From Ruditapes philippinarum (Eukaryota), in NCBI RefSeq assembly GCF_026571515.1, contig NW_026867092.1, positions 248,001 through 312,000 on the forward strand: DNA of 64,000 nt, given 5' to 3'. This document shows positions 28,681 to 40,400 of this stretch, piece by piece. A model generated the notes under the pieces. The model made no database searches. It saw only the letters and a list, made by a program, of their open reading frames with translations, and was not told where the DNA came from. The position numbers and the translations under genes are program-made. Numbering within the stretch: position 1 is the first letter of the stretch; each line of letters begins with the position of its first letter.

Positions 28681-30399
28681 CATTAAAAACAAAACATGAA
28701 TTGATTCAAAATTGATTTATCAAATGCATATTTTTATTTGATCCAAATTTGATTAATAAGGGTGATTTTAATGGGTTTTATGTACGGCACACCAACTGCA
28801 AAAATTCTGGTAGACTTTGCAAACAGGGTTGACCCATAACTTTACTGTCGCACAACGTCCGTATAAAGCTATGGAAGCCAGAACTAGTGAATCCTTAACT
28901 AAAGTTACAATTTAGCCAATACAATTTATTATTTCATAATATAATCTGATAATATAAAGTATGATTTTCTACAACAGCTTTACTTTTATCCTGATGAAAA
29001 TATTGGCAAAACATAAACCCTTGATTGGTAGTCCGGATGCAGACCTATTTTGCATCCCAAATGAACTGTTGAACTGAATAGTCTAAACATGTTAAAAATC
29101 ATGCCTGAAATAAAATTCATTTTACTAAGAGTATTTTACACTGTCTCAACAAGACAATCGCTGCATCAATGTAACAGTAATGTTATTAACAAAGTGTTAA
29201 TCTTCTATGTAGGAACAATCGAGACATACCGTTAAAATATCAGATATTTTGGCAAAAATGTGAAAATATTCCAAAGTTTGTTTCCAGCTGAACGTCAAGG
29301 ACTTCTTTTGACCAATCAAATTCCTTTTTATTTTCAGTCCGTGAAAATTAATATTTTCAGATTAATGATCATTATTTCAAATGAAAATTATTGCTTTTAA
29401 ATTCGAATATGTGAAAAACATTTGACATTTCATATACGCCTTTGAATATATCAAAAATATATTTTGAAAAAAGCAATATTTTAGTCTTCAACATATAAAT
29501 CTTATGCACATTGCAATATTCTCGGATACATTCTGATCTTTTCCTCAGTATGTAGGTCCAAGATTGAGAAAAGAGACACATGAAAATTATTATTGTATTT
29601 TGCAAACAAAATTCTGTATTTAGTTAAAATTGTCCGATAATATCCCAAATTATGACTCTTTGAGAAATGTAAGTATATTCTTATTTTCGGACACAGTTGT
29701 AGTGTCATTTAAGATATGCTTAATTGTATTTTTTTTAAAAAAGCTGAATGGCTGAATTATCTGATAATTTGTTAAATGCTATTTTTAAATAAATCTGTTG
29801 TTCACATGTCAGTGAGTCATGGTATGCGAAATTGTTTTGTTAAGTGAGTATCGTTTTAAGTGATATATGTGATTTTTCATAGTAGAAAATTTACTATCTT
29901 TTTTTCTTTCATTTTGTTTTACTTAAGAATCCTTACACCTGTTCACACATTGTAGTTTTGGCATCCAAACAAGATGCTTTTTAATATTTTTGTTTAGCAT
30001 CTGATTTGGCATGAAAGTTTTTGATCAAACCTGTTTTTGAAACTTAACCAGAATAGCATGCGTTGATTTAACCATAATATGAAATTAGGCAAAGCCTATG
30101 AACGGGGAAGTCAGTATTTTTATTTTACTTTTTCTGTTTTAAAAGTGCCATTCGGTATTTTATACACTGCTTCCATTTATTCTGGTTTCCTGTCTTATTA
30201 TGGTTCCCAACCAAGATGGCTGCCCATAATTCCTTGGCTTTTATCATTATCTTGTAGGCCGAAAAGTTGCGATTTGTCAATTATCAGATTAATCGCTGTT
30301 TATCATTGCATCACGGTGCCCCAACAAGAAATGACACTGAAAATTTCGCTGATAGGTATAGAATTCTATATTTTTTTCATTTTAAATATACAAGTATAG

Positions 30400-31460
30400 C
30401 AGAGATCTGCCGAGGACGGGATTTTGCGCCATTGGCGCTAAAAAAATGAGAATGGCGCAGGAAAATCGGCAGCAAAGGGCCATGGGCGCATCTAAAATCT
30501 GTGCCAGACTTATAAGAAAACAAAACTGTTGGCTGGGTTATTCAGTCATCCAGTCAAAACTGGTACCAACAGCAACATATTACCCTGATGCTCCTGTAAT
30601 TACGCATATTCTTAAGTTTATCAATTCCCCTATAGCTTTTGTCCATGTTATCTTCTTACCGCATTTCTTCTCCACACAGATAATCATTTCTACTACCGTA
30701 AATTTAATCCAATAAAACAAACAAACAAATTATACAACAACTAAATATTTAAAATGATTATCGGTAACTGAAAAAAAAAGTGTTGCTATTTTAAGAAATG
30801 CTGTAAGTTACAGTATAATCTGACAGGTGTTCAACTTGATCAACCCTAAGGTCACTCAAGTTCATGCAAGTTTTGGCTGATGAAGTGTAAAAAAAGATGT
30901 ATATTTCGTCATCAGAATATTTGACAAGGTGATTAACCAATCAGAGAAACATTGTGCATGACTTTTTTCATGATCAAAAGGTCTGTCGGCAAATGTCTTT
31001 GATGTATGCTGTCTACACAGAGGCATACAAGGGGCAATAAAATTCGTCAATATACAGTGGTAAGGGACATTTGGTGCAAAGTAGGAACACTTAAATGGAT
31101 AATGCACAATATAAAACATTACAAGTAAGAACAAGCAATTATGTGAATAAATTTGCATATCAAATTTTTGAGCAGCCATTTAAAAATATTTTGCCTGCAA
31201 TTAATATTAGTTAGAAAGTTACCATGTAGGCATAATTTTTAATTATTGGTTAAGTACTGAATTATAAGTGAACCACTTGTAATAAAATATGATTTAAGTT
31301 TTATTACCAGGGAAATTAAATTATGTACAAACTTTTTAACAGTTATTTTGGTCAATGTTTACTTATTTTCCCAAGGCCCATACTTTGGTAAAAATGGCCC
31401 ATCATTTTCAGACCAATAGGGCCCAGGGCCCAGTACTTTCAAATTCTTGGCAGATCTCTG
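30400..31460. mobile_element. Non-autonomous DNA transposon, 12-bp TIR and 7-bp TSD (P-element-like)
   Basis: CAGAGATCTGCC...GGCAGATCTCTG flanked by AGTATAG on both sides (30393-30399, 31461-31467). Confidence 0.6.
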
Positions 31461-32044
31461 AGTATAGTCTATAGCTGGGCAAGCCAAAGCTCGGAGCCGC
31501 TTTGCGGCCCAGGACTTTGACTTCCCTGTATTATTCATTAGCAAAAAACCTTTTTCCACAATATGACAGTAGGCAAAGCCTATGAACGTGGAAGTCGGAT
31601 GAAAAAGTATTTGTTCATTTTTATTTTTAAACAATTAACATTTTTAAGGTGTCATTTGGTATATCCTGCGCCGGTTCCGTTTTCAATCATAACACCAACT
31701 ATTAAGCCTAAAGTTGCACTCCTTGGACTTGGCTGCAGTACTATGAAACTTGGCAAAGCTTATGAATGGGGAAGTCAGATAAAAAAGAAAATTGTTCATT
31801 TATTTTGAATTTTTTATTTTAAAGGTGTCATTCGGTAACCATATTTCATGCACTGCTTCCATTTTTAATAGGGACTTGTCAATGATTGTTCTTATGCCGA
31901 AATTTAGGGATTGTTCTGTTATCTGAATTCCTCCCAAATTATCATTGATTAACATTTTTCCTTTTAGATTACACATGTTGTCAATAGCAGGGCAAGCCAA
32001 GGCCCTGGCTAAATTCTAGGTCCCAGCCTTTGATTTCCGGATAT

Positions 32045-32790
32045 TAGACTTGCTGCAGTATTAAACTTGCTGCACTATTGGACTTGCTGCACTATTGGAC
32101 TTACACTTGCTGCACTTTTACTTGCTGAGCTCCACTCACCATACTTGCTGCGCTTTTTGACTTGCTGCACTCCTTGGATTTGCTGGCTCCTTAGACTTGC
32201 TACACTCCTTATAGTTGCTGCACTCCTTAGACTTGCTGCACAGGTAAGACTTGCTGCAATCCTTTGACTTTCTGGGCTCCTTTTACTTGCTGAGCTCCTT
32301 TGACTTGCTGCACTCCTTGGATTTGCTGGCTCCTTAGACTAGCTGAGCTCCTTATACTTGCTGGCTCCTTAGACTGGCTGCAATCCTTAGACTTGGTGTG
32401 CTCCTTTGACTTTCTGCGCTCCTTTTACTTGCTTAGCTCTTTTGACTTGCTGTGCTCCTTGGATTTGCTGGCTCCTTATACTTGCTGCACTCCTTAAACT
32501 TGCTTCACAAGTAAGACTTGCTTGGCTCCTTGAACTTGCTTCTTTCTGTGAAGCGGACCTTTCTAAGACTTGCTTCTTTTCTGGGAAGCTAACCGTTCTA
32601 ACACTTGCTTCTTTTCTGGGAAGCTGACCTCTCTAAGACTTGCTTCTTTTCTTGGAAGTGGGCATCTGTAAGACTTGCCTCTTTTTTGAAAAGCGAACAA
32701 TTGCTAATGCTCAACTCTTCACTTAAAAGCAGACGGTTTTCTAGACTTGCTGCTTTTTTTGGTTCCTCAACTTAACCAGTGACTTGCTTA
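32045..32790. repeat. Degenerate minisatellite (~18-bp GACTTGCTGCACTCCTTA unit grading into a longer AGACTTGCTTCTTTT unit)
   Basis: ACTTGCTG/ACTTGCTT motifs recur throughout. The overlapping Leu/Cys-rich ORFs are artefacts. Confidence 0.85.
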
Positions 32791-32855
32791 CTAGAAAGGA
32801 GACTTGCAGAAAATAAGCTTTCTGACCATATTGAAGTTTCCTTCAAAATTTTTAG

Positions 32856-33870
32856 TTTTTAGCTCGACTATACGAAGTATATGGAGAGTTGTCCTACTCG
32901 CCCCGGCGTCGGCGTCCGCGTCCAGATTTTAGATTAAAGTTTTGGTGCAGTAAAATATTTTTCACTATAACTTTGTCATTTCTTAAGGTATCAACTTCAA
33001 ACTTCAAATATATGTTCCTTATCATCAACCACATCTTATGTGACAAGGTTCATAACTCTAGCACCAATATTTTCAGATTTAGCTCCCCTTGAACTTAGAA
33101 TTTTCCTTAAAAAATACTATTTTTTACTGATACTTCTTTATTTCTTAAGGGATCAACCTCATACTTCAAATATATGTACCTTATCATCATCCCCATCTTA
33201 TGTGACAAGGTTCATAACTCTAGCACCAATATTTTCAGATTTATCTCCCCTTGAACTTAGAATTTTCTTCAAAAAATACTATTTCTTACTGTTTCTTCTT
33301 TATTTCTTAAGGGATCAACCTCATACTTCAAATATATTTACATTATCATCATCCCCATCTTATGTGACAAGGTTCATAACTCTAGCACCAATATTTTCAG
33401 ATTTATCTCCCCATAAACTTAGATTTATTTACTAGAAAAATGTTATTTTTTATTTTAACTTTTTTATTTTTAAAGGTATCTACCTCAAACTTCAAATACT
33501 GATTCCTTATCATCAATTTCATTTTATGTGACAATGTTCATAACTCTTGAAGCAATATTTACAGATTTATCTCTCTTTGAACTTAGGATTTTCTTTAAGA
33601 AATATAATAACTTCTTTATTTTTTAAGGTATCTACTTCAAACTTCAAATATGTATTTCTTATCATTACTCAAATGTTGTGTGGCAAGGTCCATAACTCTA
33701 GCATGACTATTTCTAGAATTATTCCCCTTGATCTTGGAATTTATGTTTATTTTTACTATAACTTAATACATAATTATACATAATTGATTTTTCTTTCATA
33801 GTTTTGTCCTCCTTATTGCGTCCAGTATTTTATTAGTCGAGCTTCGCTGTCTCCTGTGACAGCTCTTGTT
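32856..33870 (-). mobile_element. Helentron/HINE-like element with 162-bp internal repeats
   Basis: TTTTAGCTCGACTAT...GGCGTCGGCGTC at the left end and TAGTCGAGC...GCTGTC..GACAGCTCTTGTT at the right end (reverse of the 18685 architecture). Units at 33039, 33201 and 33363. Confidence 0.8.
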
Positions 33871-34436
33871 ATTTTCTTATTTTCAATTTCATTTTATATA
33901 AATTCAAGAGCACAAACCACAATTGTGATGTCATGTCAAAACAAAAATTAACACAAATTGGCAGACATTTGTGTTTCTTTTTCTAAATAAAATAGCTATT
34001 TTGACAAACCTATCATCAAAGTGTTCTGAGTGTTTCGGAATATCTCGTCCCCCATTTGTTAAAATCTAATGAGAGTTGTTATACCTTATTTAAACATGAT
34101 GAATTATCAAAGTGAATATTTAAAAGTAACTTTTTATGTTAAATACTGTGACTTTAGTTTTAACAATGATTATTATATTTATTTACTGATTTTTGTACAT
34201 AATACTTCTACCAGAAGTGTAATATATTATAGTATAGAAGACTGCAGCATCTTTTAAAAACAGTCTGAATTGTTAGACTTAGATAATATATATTTTTCTT
34301 GTAAAAAGAATTTGAGTAATATGTTACAGTTTGTACCTGTTTTTTTGCCATGGTTTCTGGCCATGGTTTAAATTTATTAAAACTATTGTAATGATACAAA
34401 ACATAAGCCAGTATTTTATATTTGCAGATAAGAAAT

Positions 34437-37400
34437 ATGGCTTCATCAATGAAAAGTAATATAGCCCTGAGTCTATCATACACACGTGATCCGGCAGCAA
34501 AGGTTCGAGAATTGTGCAATCATGCGAGTCAAGTGGAAGCAGAACCTGCAGTTCCTGCTAGACGATACCTTAGGTCTGGTCTTGAAATGTTGAGAATGGC
34601 AAAGGTGTACAAAGATGAAGGAGAATATGAAAGTGCATTCATACTCTACATGAAATTTATCACGTATGCATTTCTTAACACTTTTTTGTTGTTGTAAAAT
34701 ATACTAACTACTGTTTTTTTAGCTCACCTGTCACAAAGTGACAGGGTGAGCTTTTGTGATCGCTTTTCGTCCGGCGTCCGTCCGGTCTGTCCGTCCGTAA
34801 ACTTTTACTTTAAATGACATCTCCTCATAAACCACTAGGCCAATTTCATCCAAACTTCACAGGAATGTTCCTTTGGTGGTCACCTTTAAAAATTGTTCAA
34901 AGAATTTAATTCCATGCAGAACTCTGGTTGCCATGGCAACCGAAAGAAAAAACTTTAAATATCTTCTTTTAAAAAACCATAAGAGCTAAAGCTTAGATAT
35001 TTGGCATGAAACATCTTCTAGTGAGTGTCTACCAAGTTTGTTCAAATAAAAGCCCTGGGGTCAAAATTGACCCGGCCCCGGTGAGTCATTGATTTTCCCT
35101 ATATGCATATAGTAAAAACTTAAAAAATCTTCTTTTAAAGAACCCAAAGAGCTAGAGCGAAGATATTTAGCATGAAATATGTTCTAATGGGTGTCTACCA
35201 AGTTTGTTCAAATAAAAGCCCTGGGGTCAAAATTGGCCCCGCCCCAGGGGGTCATTGATTTTCCCTATATGCATATAGTAAAAACTTAAAAAATCTTCTT
35301 TTAAAGAACTCAAAGAGCTATGGCTAAGTTATTGAGCATCAAACATGTTCTAATAGGTGTCTACCAAGTTTGTTCAAATAAAAGCCCTGGGGTCAAAATT
35401 GGCCCCGCCCCAGGGGGTCATTGATTTTCCCTATATGCATATAGTAAAAACTTAAAAAAACTTCTTTTAAAGAACCAAAAGAGTTAGAGCTAAGATATTT
35501 AGCATGAAACATGTTCTAATTAGTGTCTACCAAGTTTGTTAAAATAAAAGCCCTGGCCCCGTGTTCACAAAGATTTAAGGATCAGGATCAAGATCAGGAT
35601 CAAATTTAAAAACTCTAATATTGTTCATTGTTTATCCTCATAAATTAAATATCTAATATTAATTTGATAGAACTGGACTTGCAAAAGCAAGATCATGAAA
35701 TTTTAGAATAAATCTATTGTTATTTTTGCAAGATACGGGCATTTTACAGTTGATCCAAAGTTTGATCCTGATCCTAAAATTGAACCTTATTTTGATCCGA
35801 AAATTTTTGTATTTGTTTTGTTATTTGCTGGTTTTATCCCAAAATAGTTTGGTTTCTTTGCAAATCGGCAATTTTTTACATTTTGAATATCTATCATTTA
35901 ATTTTAGCAAAACATGATTAATTTTAGATCTATAAAACAATGAAAATAAAATTAGGATCACTTGATCCTGATCCTGATCTTTTCTTAGTGAACACGGGGC
36001 CTGGGGTCACAATTGGCCCCGCCACAGGGGGTCATTGATTTTCCCTATATGCAAATAGTAAAAACTTAAAAAATCTTCTTTTAAAGAACTCAAAGAGCTA
36101 TGGCTAAGATATTTAGCATCAAACATGTTCTAATAGGTGTTTACCAAGTTTGTTCAAATAAAAGCCCTGGGGTCAAAATTGGCACCGCCCCGGGGGTCAT
36201 TGATTTTCCTTATATGTGTATAGCAAAAACTTAAAAAATCTTCTTTGAAAAAACCCAAATAGCTAAAGTTAAGATATTAAGCATGAAACATCTTTTAGTG
36301 AGTGTCTACAAAGTTTGTTCAAATAAAAGACCTGGGGTCAAAATTGGCCCCGCCCTGGGGGTCATTGATTTTCTTTATAAGTGTATAGCTAAAACTTAAA
36401 ATCTTCTTTGAAAAAACCTAAATAGCTAGAGTTTAGATATTAAGCATGAAACATCTTCTAGTAAGTGTCTACAAAGTTTGTTCAAATAAAAGCCCTGGGG
36501 TCAAAACTGGCCCGGCCCCAGGGGTGTCATTGTTTTTAACTATATGTGTATAGTAAAAACTTAAAAAAAATCTTCTTTTGAAAAGCCCAATGAGCTAGAG
36601 CTTAGATGTTTAGCATGAAACATCTTCTTATGGGTGTCTACCAAGTTTGTGCAAATAAAAGCCCTTGGGTTAAATTGGCCCTGCAACGTTGGGGTGGGGG
36701 TTGGGGAGGCCTATATACAGGTGAGCGACCTCAGGGCTATCATGGCCCTCTTGTTTTCTGTTTGATGGTTAAATTTGTTTTAATATTCCAATTTTAACAA
36801 CAATGAGTATTAAATAAGTCCTTATTTCTTGATGCAATAAAAATTTGAACACATATCAACATGTAGTTTAACTTGTTTATTTTTGTTGTTTTTTCCAGAT
36901 TATTTGTAGAGAAGTTACCTAAGCACCCAGGATACAAAGACGCACCTCAGAATGAAGTTGCAAATATAAGACAGGTTTAAAATGTTGATCTTTTATAAAA
37001 CTGATTTGCATACATTTTAAATAAAATATAAGAAATATTTGTTAAAGAAAAAATGTTACAATATGAAAAATTCCTCTAAGTATAAAATATATGAGCCACG
37101 TCTCGACAAAACCAACATAGTGTGTTTGCGACCAGCATGGATCCAGACCAGCCTGCGCATCAGCGCAGTCTGATCAGGATCCATGCTGTTCGCTATCAGT
37201 TTCTATACTTGTATTAGGGTTGGTAAGCGAACAGCATGGATCCTGATCAGACTGCGGGGATGCGCAGGCTGGTCTGGATCCATGCTGGTCGCAAACCCAT
37301 TATGTTGGTTTTGTCGTGACGCGGCTCATATTAAAATCAATAGTGTAAGAAAAGAAGCTATACAAGTATCTATTTTGAGATTATTATGCTGTTGTTATAG

Positions 37401-40400
37401 ACTAACTAAATCACTTGAATCCATGAAAATACACTTGTCAAAAACAGGAATGAAATTGCTAGCAATATTAATTAAACTGTTTTAGACATTGCTTTCATGT
37501 GCGCTATAACAATAATATGAAAAGGTCAAGGTCAGTGCATAGGTTGTTTATCTTTGAATAAAAATATTATGATTTGTTGTGATGTTAGTTAAATCTAGAA
37601 ATAATGTTTTATTTTATAGAAAGTAAAGCAAGTATTCCCAGTAGCCGAGGAACTGAAAGGAAAGCTAACAGTACGATATACTGAGATAGAAAACAAGAGA
37701 CAGGAGGAAGAAGTAAGATAATATACTCGCCATCTTACCACTTATATTGCTTTAAATTTGACCTTTAATTATGGAAGTTTTCATGTTGTAAAATATCATA
37801 TCCAAATGAATTTTCAGTTTCATGCCAAAATCTTTAGCTCTACTTTTTAACATAAACTATCAAGCACTGAGAAAAGTGGAGGATACTGTCCACAAACAGG
37901 TCTTTTTTTAATGATCAGTACAGACATGAATACAATGGTGAGGCAGTGTTGTATGATAAATGGTTCTATTTTGTCATAATGTTGCTGCCTGGCTGAGAAT
38001 AGAATATGTAAGAAAGATACAAACTTCATAATTAAATACTTCCTCATTGCATCTGTAGAGAAAGAAAGCAGAGGAGATTGCAAAAGAACAGGAAAAATTC
38101 CGTTTGGAAGAAGAAATACGCAGAAAGGAAGAGGAAGAACGTAGTAGGAAGTTAAGAGAGCAGTCAGAAGAATTATGGCTAAAAGAACAGGAAGAGAAAT
38201 TCCGTCAGCTTCAGGAACGGGAAAAAGAAAAGCAAAAGGACAAGGATAGAAGGGATCCAAATATTTTAATTGATGATCTGGGAGATAATAGGCCATCATC
38301 GGGATTGAATAACGAGAAGGGAAGAGTGCCATCTGGAAGCTTGAGTTTTGTACCAAATGATTTACGACAAGGTCAGAGACCAAAATTAGAGAAGAATTTG
38401 TCACAAGATTACACACCACATATACAAGACAGGTCTGTACTTATATGTGTCTTTTTATTATTATTTTAGTATATCATGTATTGTTTCAAAAAGAGTCAAG
38501 GAGAACTAGTCAGTGTTTTAATTGATTATAGAGGAGGTAGACTAGTTTCATGTATGAATACAAGTGACTAGTCCAAGATGTTTTCTTCTTTAAGATTAAT
38601 CTTCTATTTAAGCTGGTAGGTAAGCTACATTCTTATACCTTGAAACTATTAATAAAGACTGTTAAGCAAGTTTTTTTACAGGAAAAATTAACTTCTTAAA
38701 TTCTGAAGAAATGATGATCTGAAAGGGCATTTTGTCTAAAAATTAATGACATCAGTAGAGGCTAGAGGCTAACTTAATCTGTAAAACAGTTAGTTTGTCC
38801 ATTATAGATTTCTGATTACATTAATGTACTTGATATAAGGTAATTAAATTATTTGTTTTTATTATTTTTATGATAAAAATATTGTTACTATTTCAAGTCT
38901 TATGATGGTTTTGTTCTGCTCTTTATGCAAATGAATGATTATTTCTTAAAGTAAAACTTGTCAGAAAACTTACTATTATGTTATATGTAGTCAAAGGGAG
39001 GTAATCAAAACTTGAATTTTCTACAAGTTCTTATTTCTGTATAATTATATACTTAAGATTTTCAAAGTCACACTTTAACAAGTTAGATGCATTTGTTTGT
39101 CTGCAATTTACAGGGTTACATCATGCATTTAAGACTTTAAGCATGTTAATTTTTTAACCTAGATATATTATTATTTTTAGTTTAGGCAGCTTTAGTTAAA
39201 TTGTACAATTGTTTTTACTTCAGACCAGAAATTGATAGATCAACAAAACCACTAGTGGACCAATTTGCTAGCACCACCAACTATGGAGGAAATAAATATG
39301 GTTTAAAAGATGTAGTAGTTCCGAGAGATATTGTTATAAAGTTTATGAATATTGCAGAGCAGAATACTAGGAAAAACGTTGAAACCTGTGGAATTTTATC
39401 TGGCAAGATGGTATGTGGGGGAAAGAATGTCATTTAATTTTGTCTATTATTGAAAGTTTATATTGAAACACTTAACGTTATTCTTTAATCAGCTTTTCTA
39501 AAGGTTAAATATGTTATTTTTAGATAAATCTTTAGATAATTTTTCCAACAGAAAATAGAAGCTGAAGGCCACTTGAAATTTTCATTAGTTTTTAGGTTGT
39601 CTGTTTCAAAGAAAAAGTCACGCTATTATGATCTCTTGGTCATCATTGTTGCCTTGCAAAAACTTTTATGAAGCTCATTTCCCAAACAATTTTATAAAGG
39701 TATCAAGAATGAACTTGGTTCACTTGCTCATCATGGCAAGGTGAAGTTGTATGACAAGGGGCATTATTCTGGAAGAGATATGTTTGGAATTATGCCCCTT
39801 TTAACTAGAATTTTTGTAAAAATTGGTTATTAATAGGAAAGTTTAAAACTATTACAGATATTGTACTCATTCTTGGTATACTTGCTATTAGGGACAAGTC
39901 ACATTTTTATGACAAGAGATATAGCCAGTGATCAGTATTTCTAGAGTTATGCCCCTTTTTCATTAGAAATAATAAATCTTTTCTATAAATATCAACATTA
40001 TGATATGAACATTATCAGTCACAAAGTTATTCTTTTAGTGAGAAGCTATATACATAACAGCTGTTAAACATACTAATTTGATTTTTTACTTGTTGCCTTT
40101 AACAGATAAGTATTGGCATTAACATGTAGTGCTCTTGATGAATCAGGTGAAAACATGACATGTGATAATAATAGAATAAACAGAGATCATATTTTCATAT
40201 TTGTATAATTTGCAGGAACGTGGAGCGTTCTTTATCACCCATGTGCTGGTACCAAAACAGACAGGGACACCAGACAGTTGTAATGCAGAAAATGAGGAAG
40301 ATCTGTTTGAATTTCAAGACAGCAATGATCTACTGTCTCTAGGATGGATACATGTATGTGTTAACATTGGTCTAGTTGTTAGATTCGGTCTGCACCAGTG

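Noticed and set aside
32067-33783. Leu/Cys-rich and repetitive ORFs
   Set aside because: Translations of a minisatellite and of HINE internal repeats.
37847-38419. 190-aa minus-strand ORF
   Set aside because: Antisense shadow of the purine-rich STAMBP exon 38059-38432.
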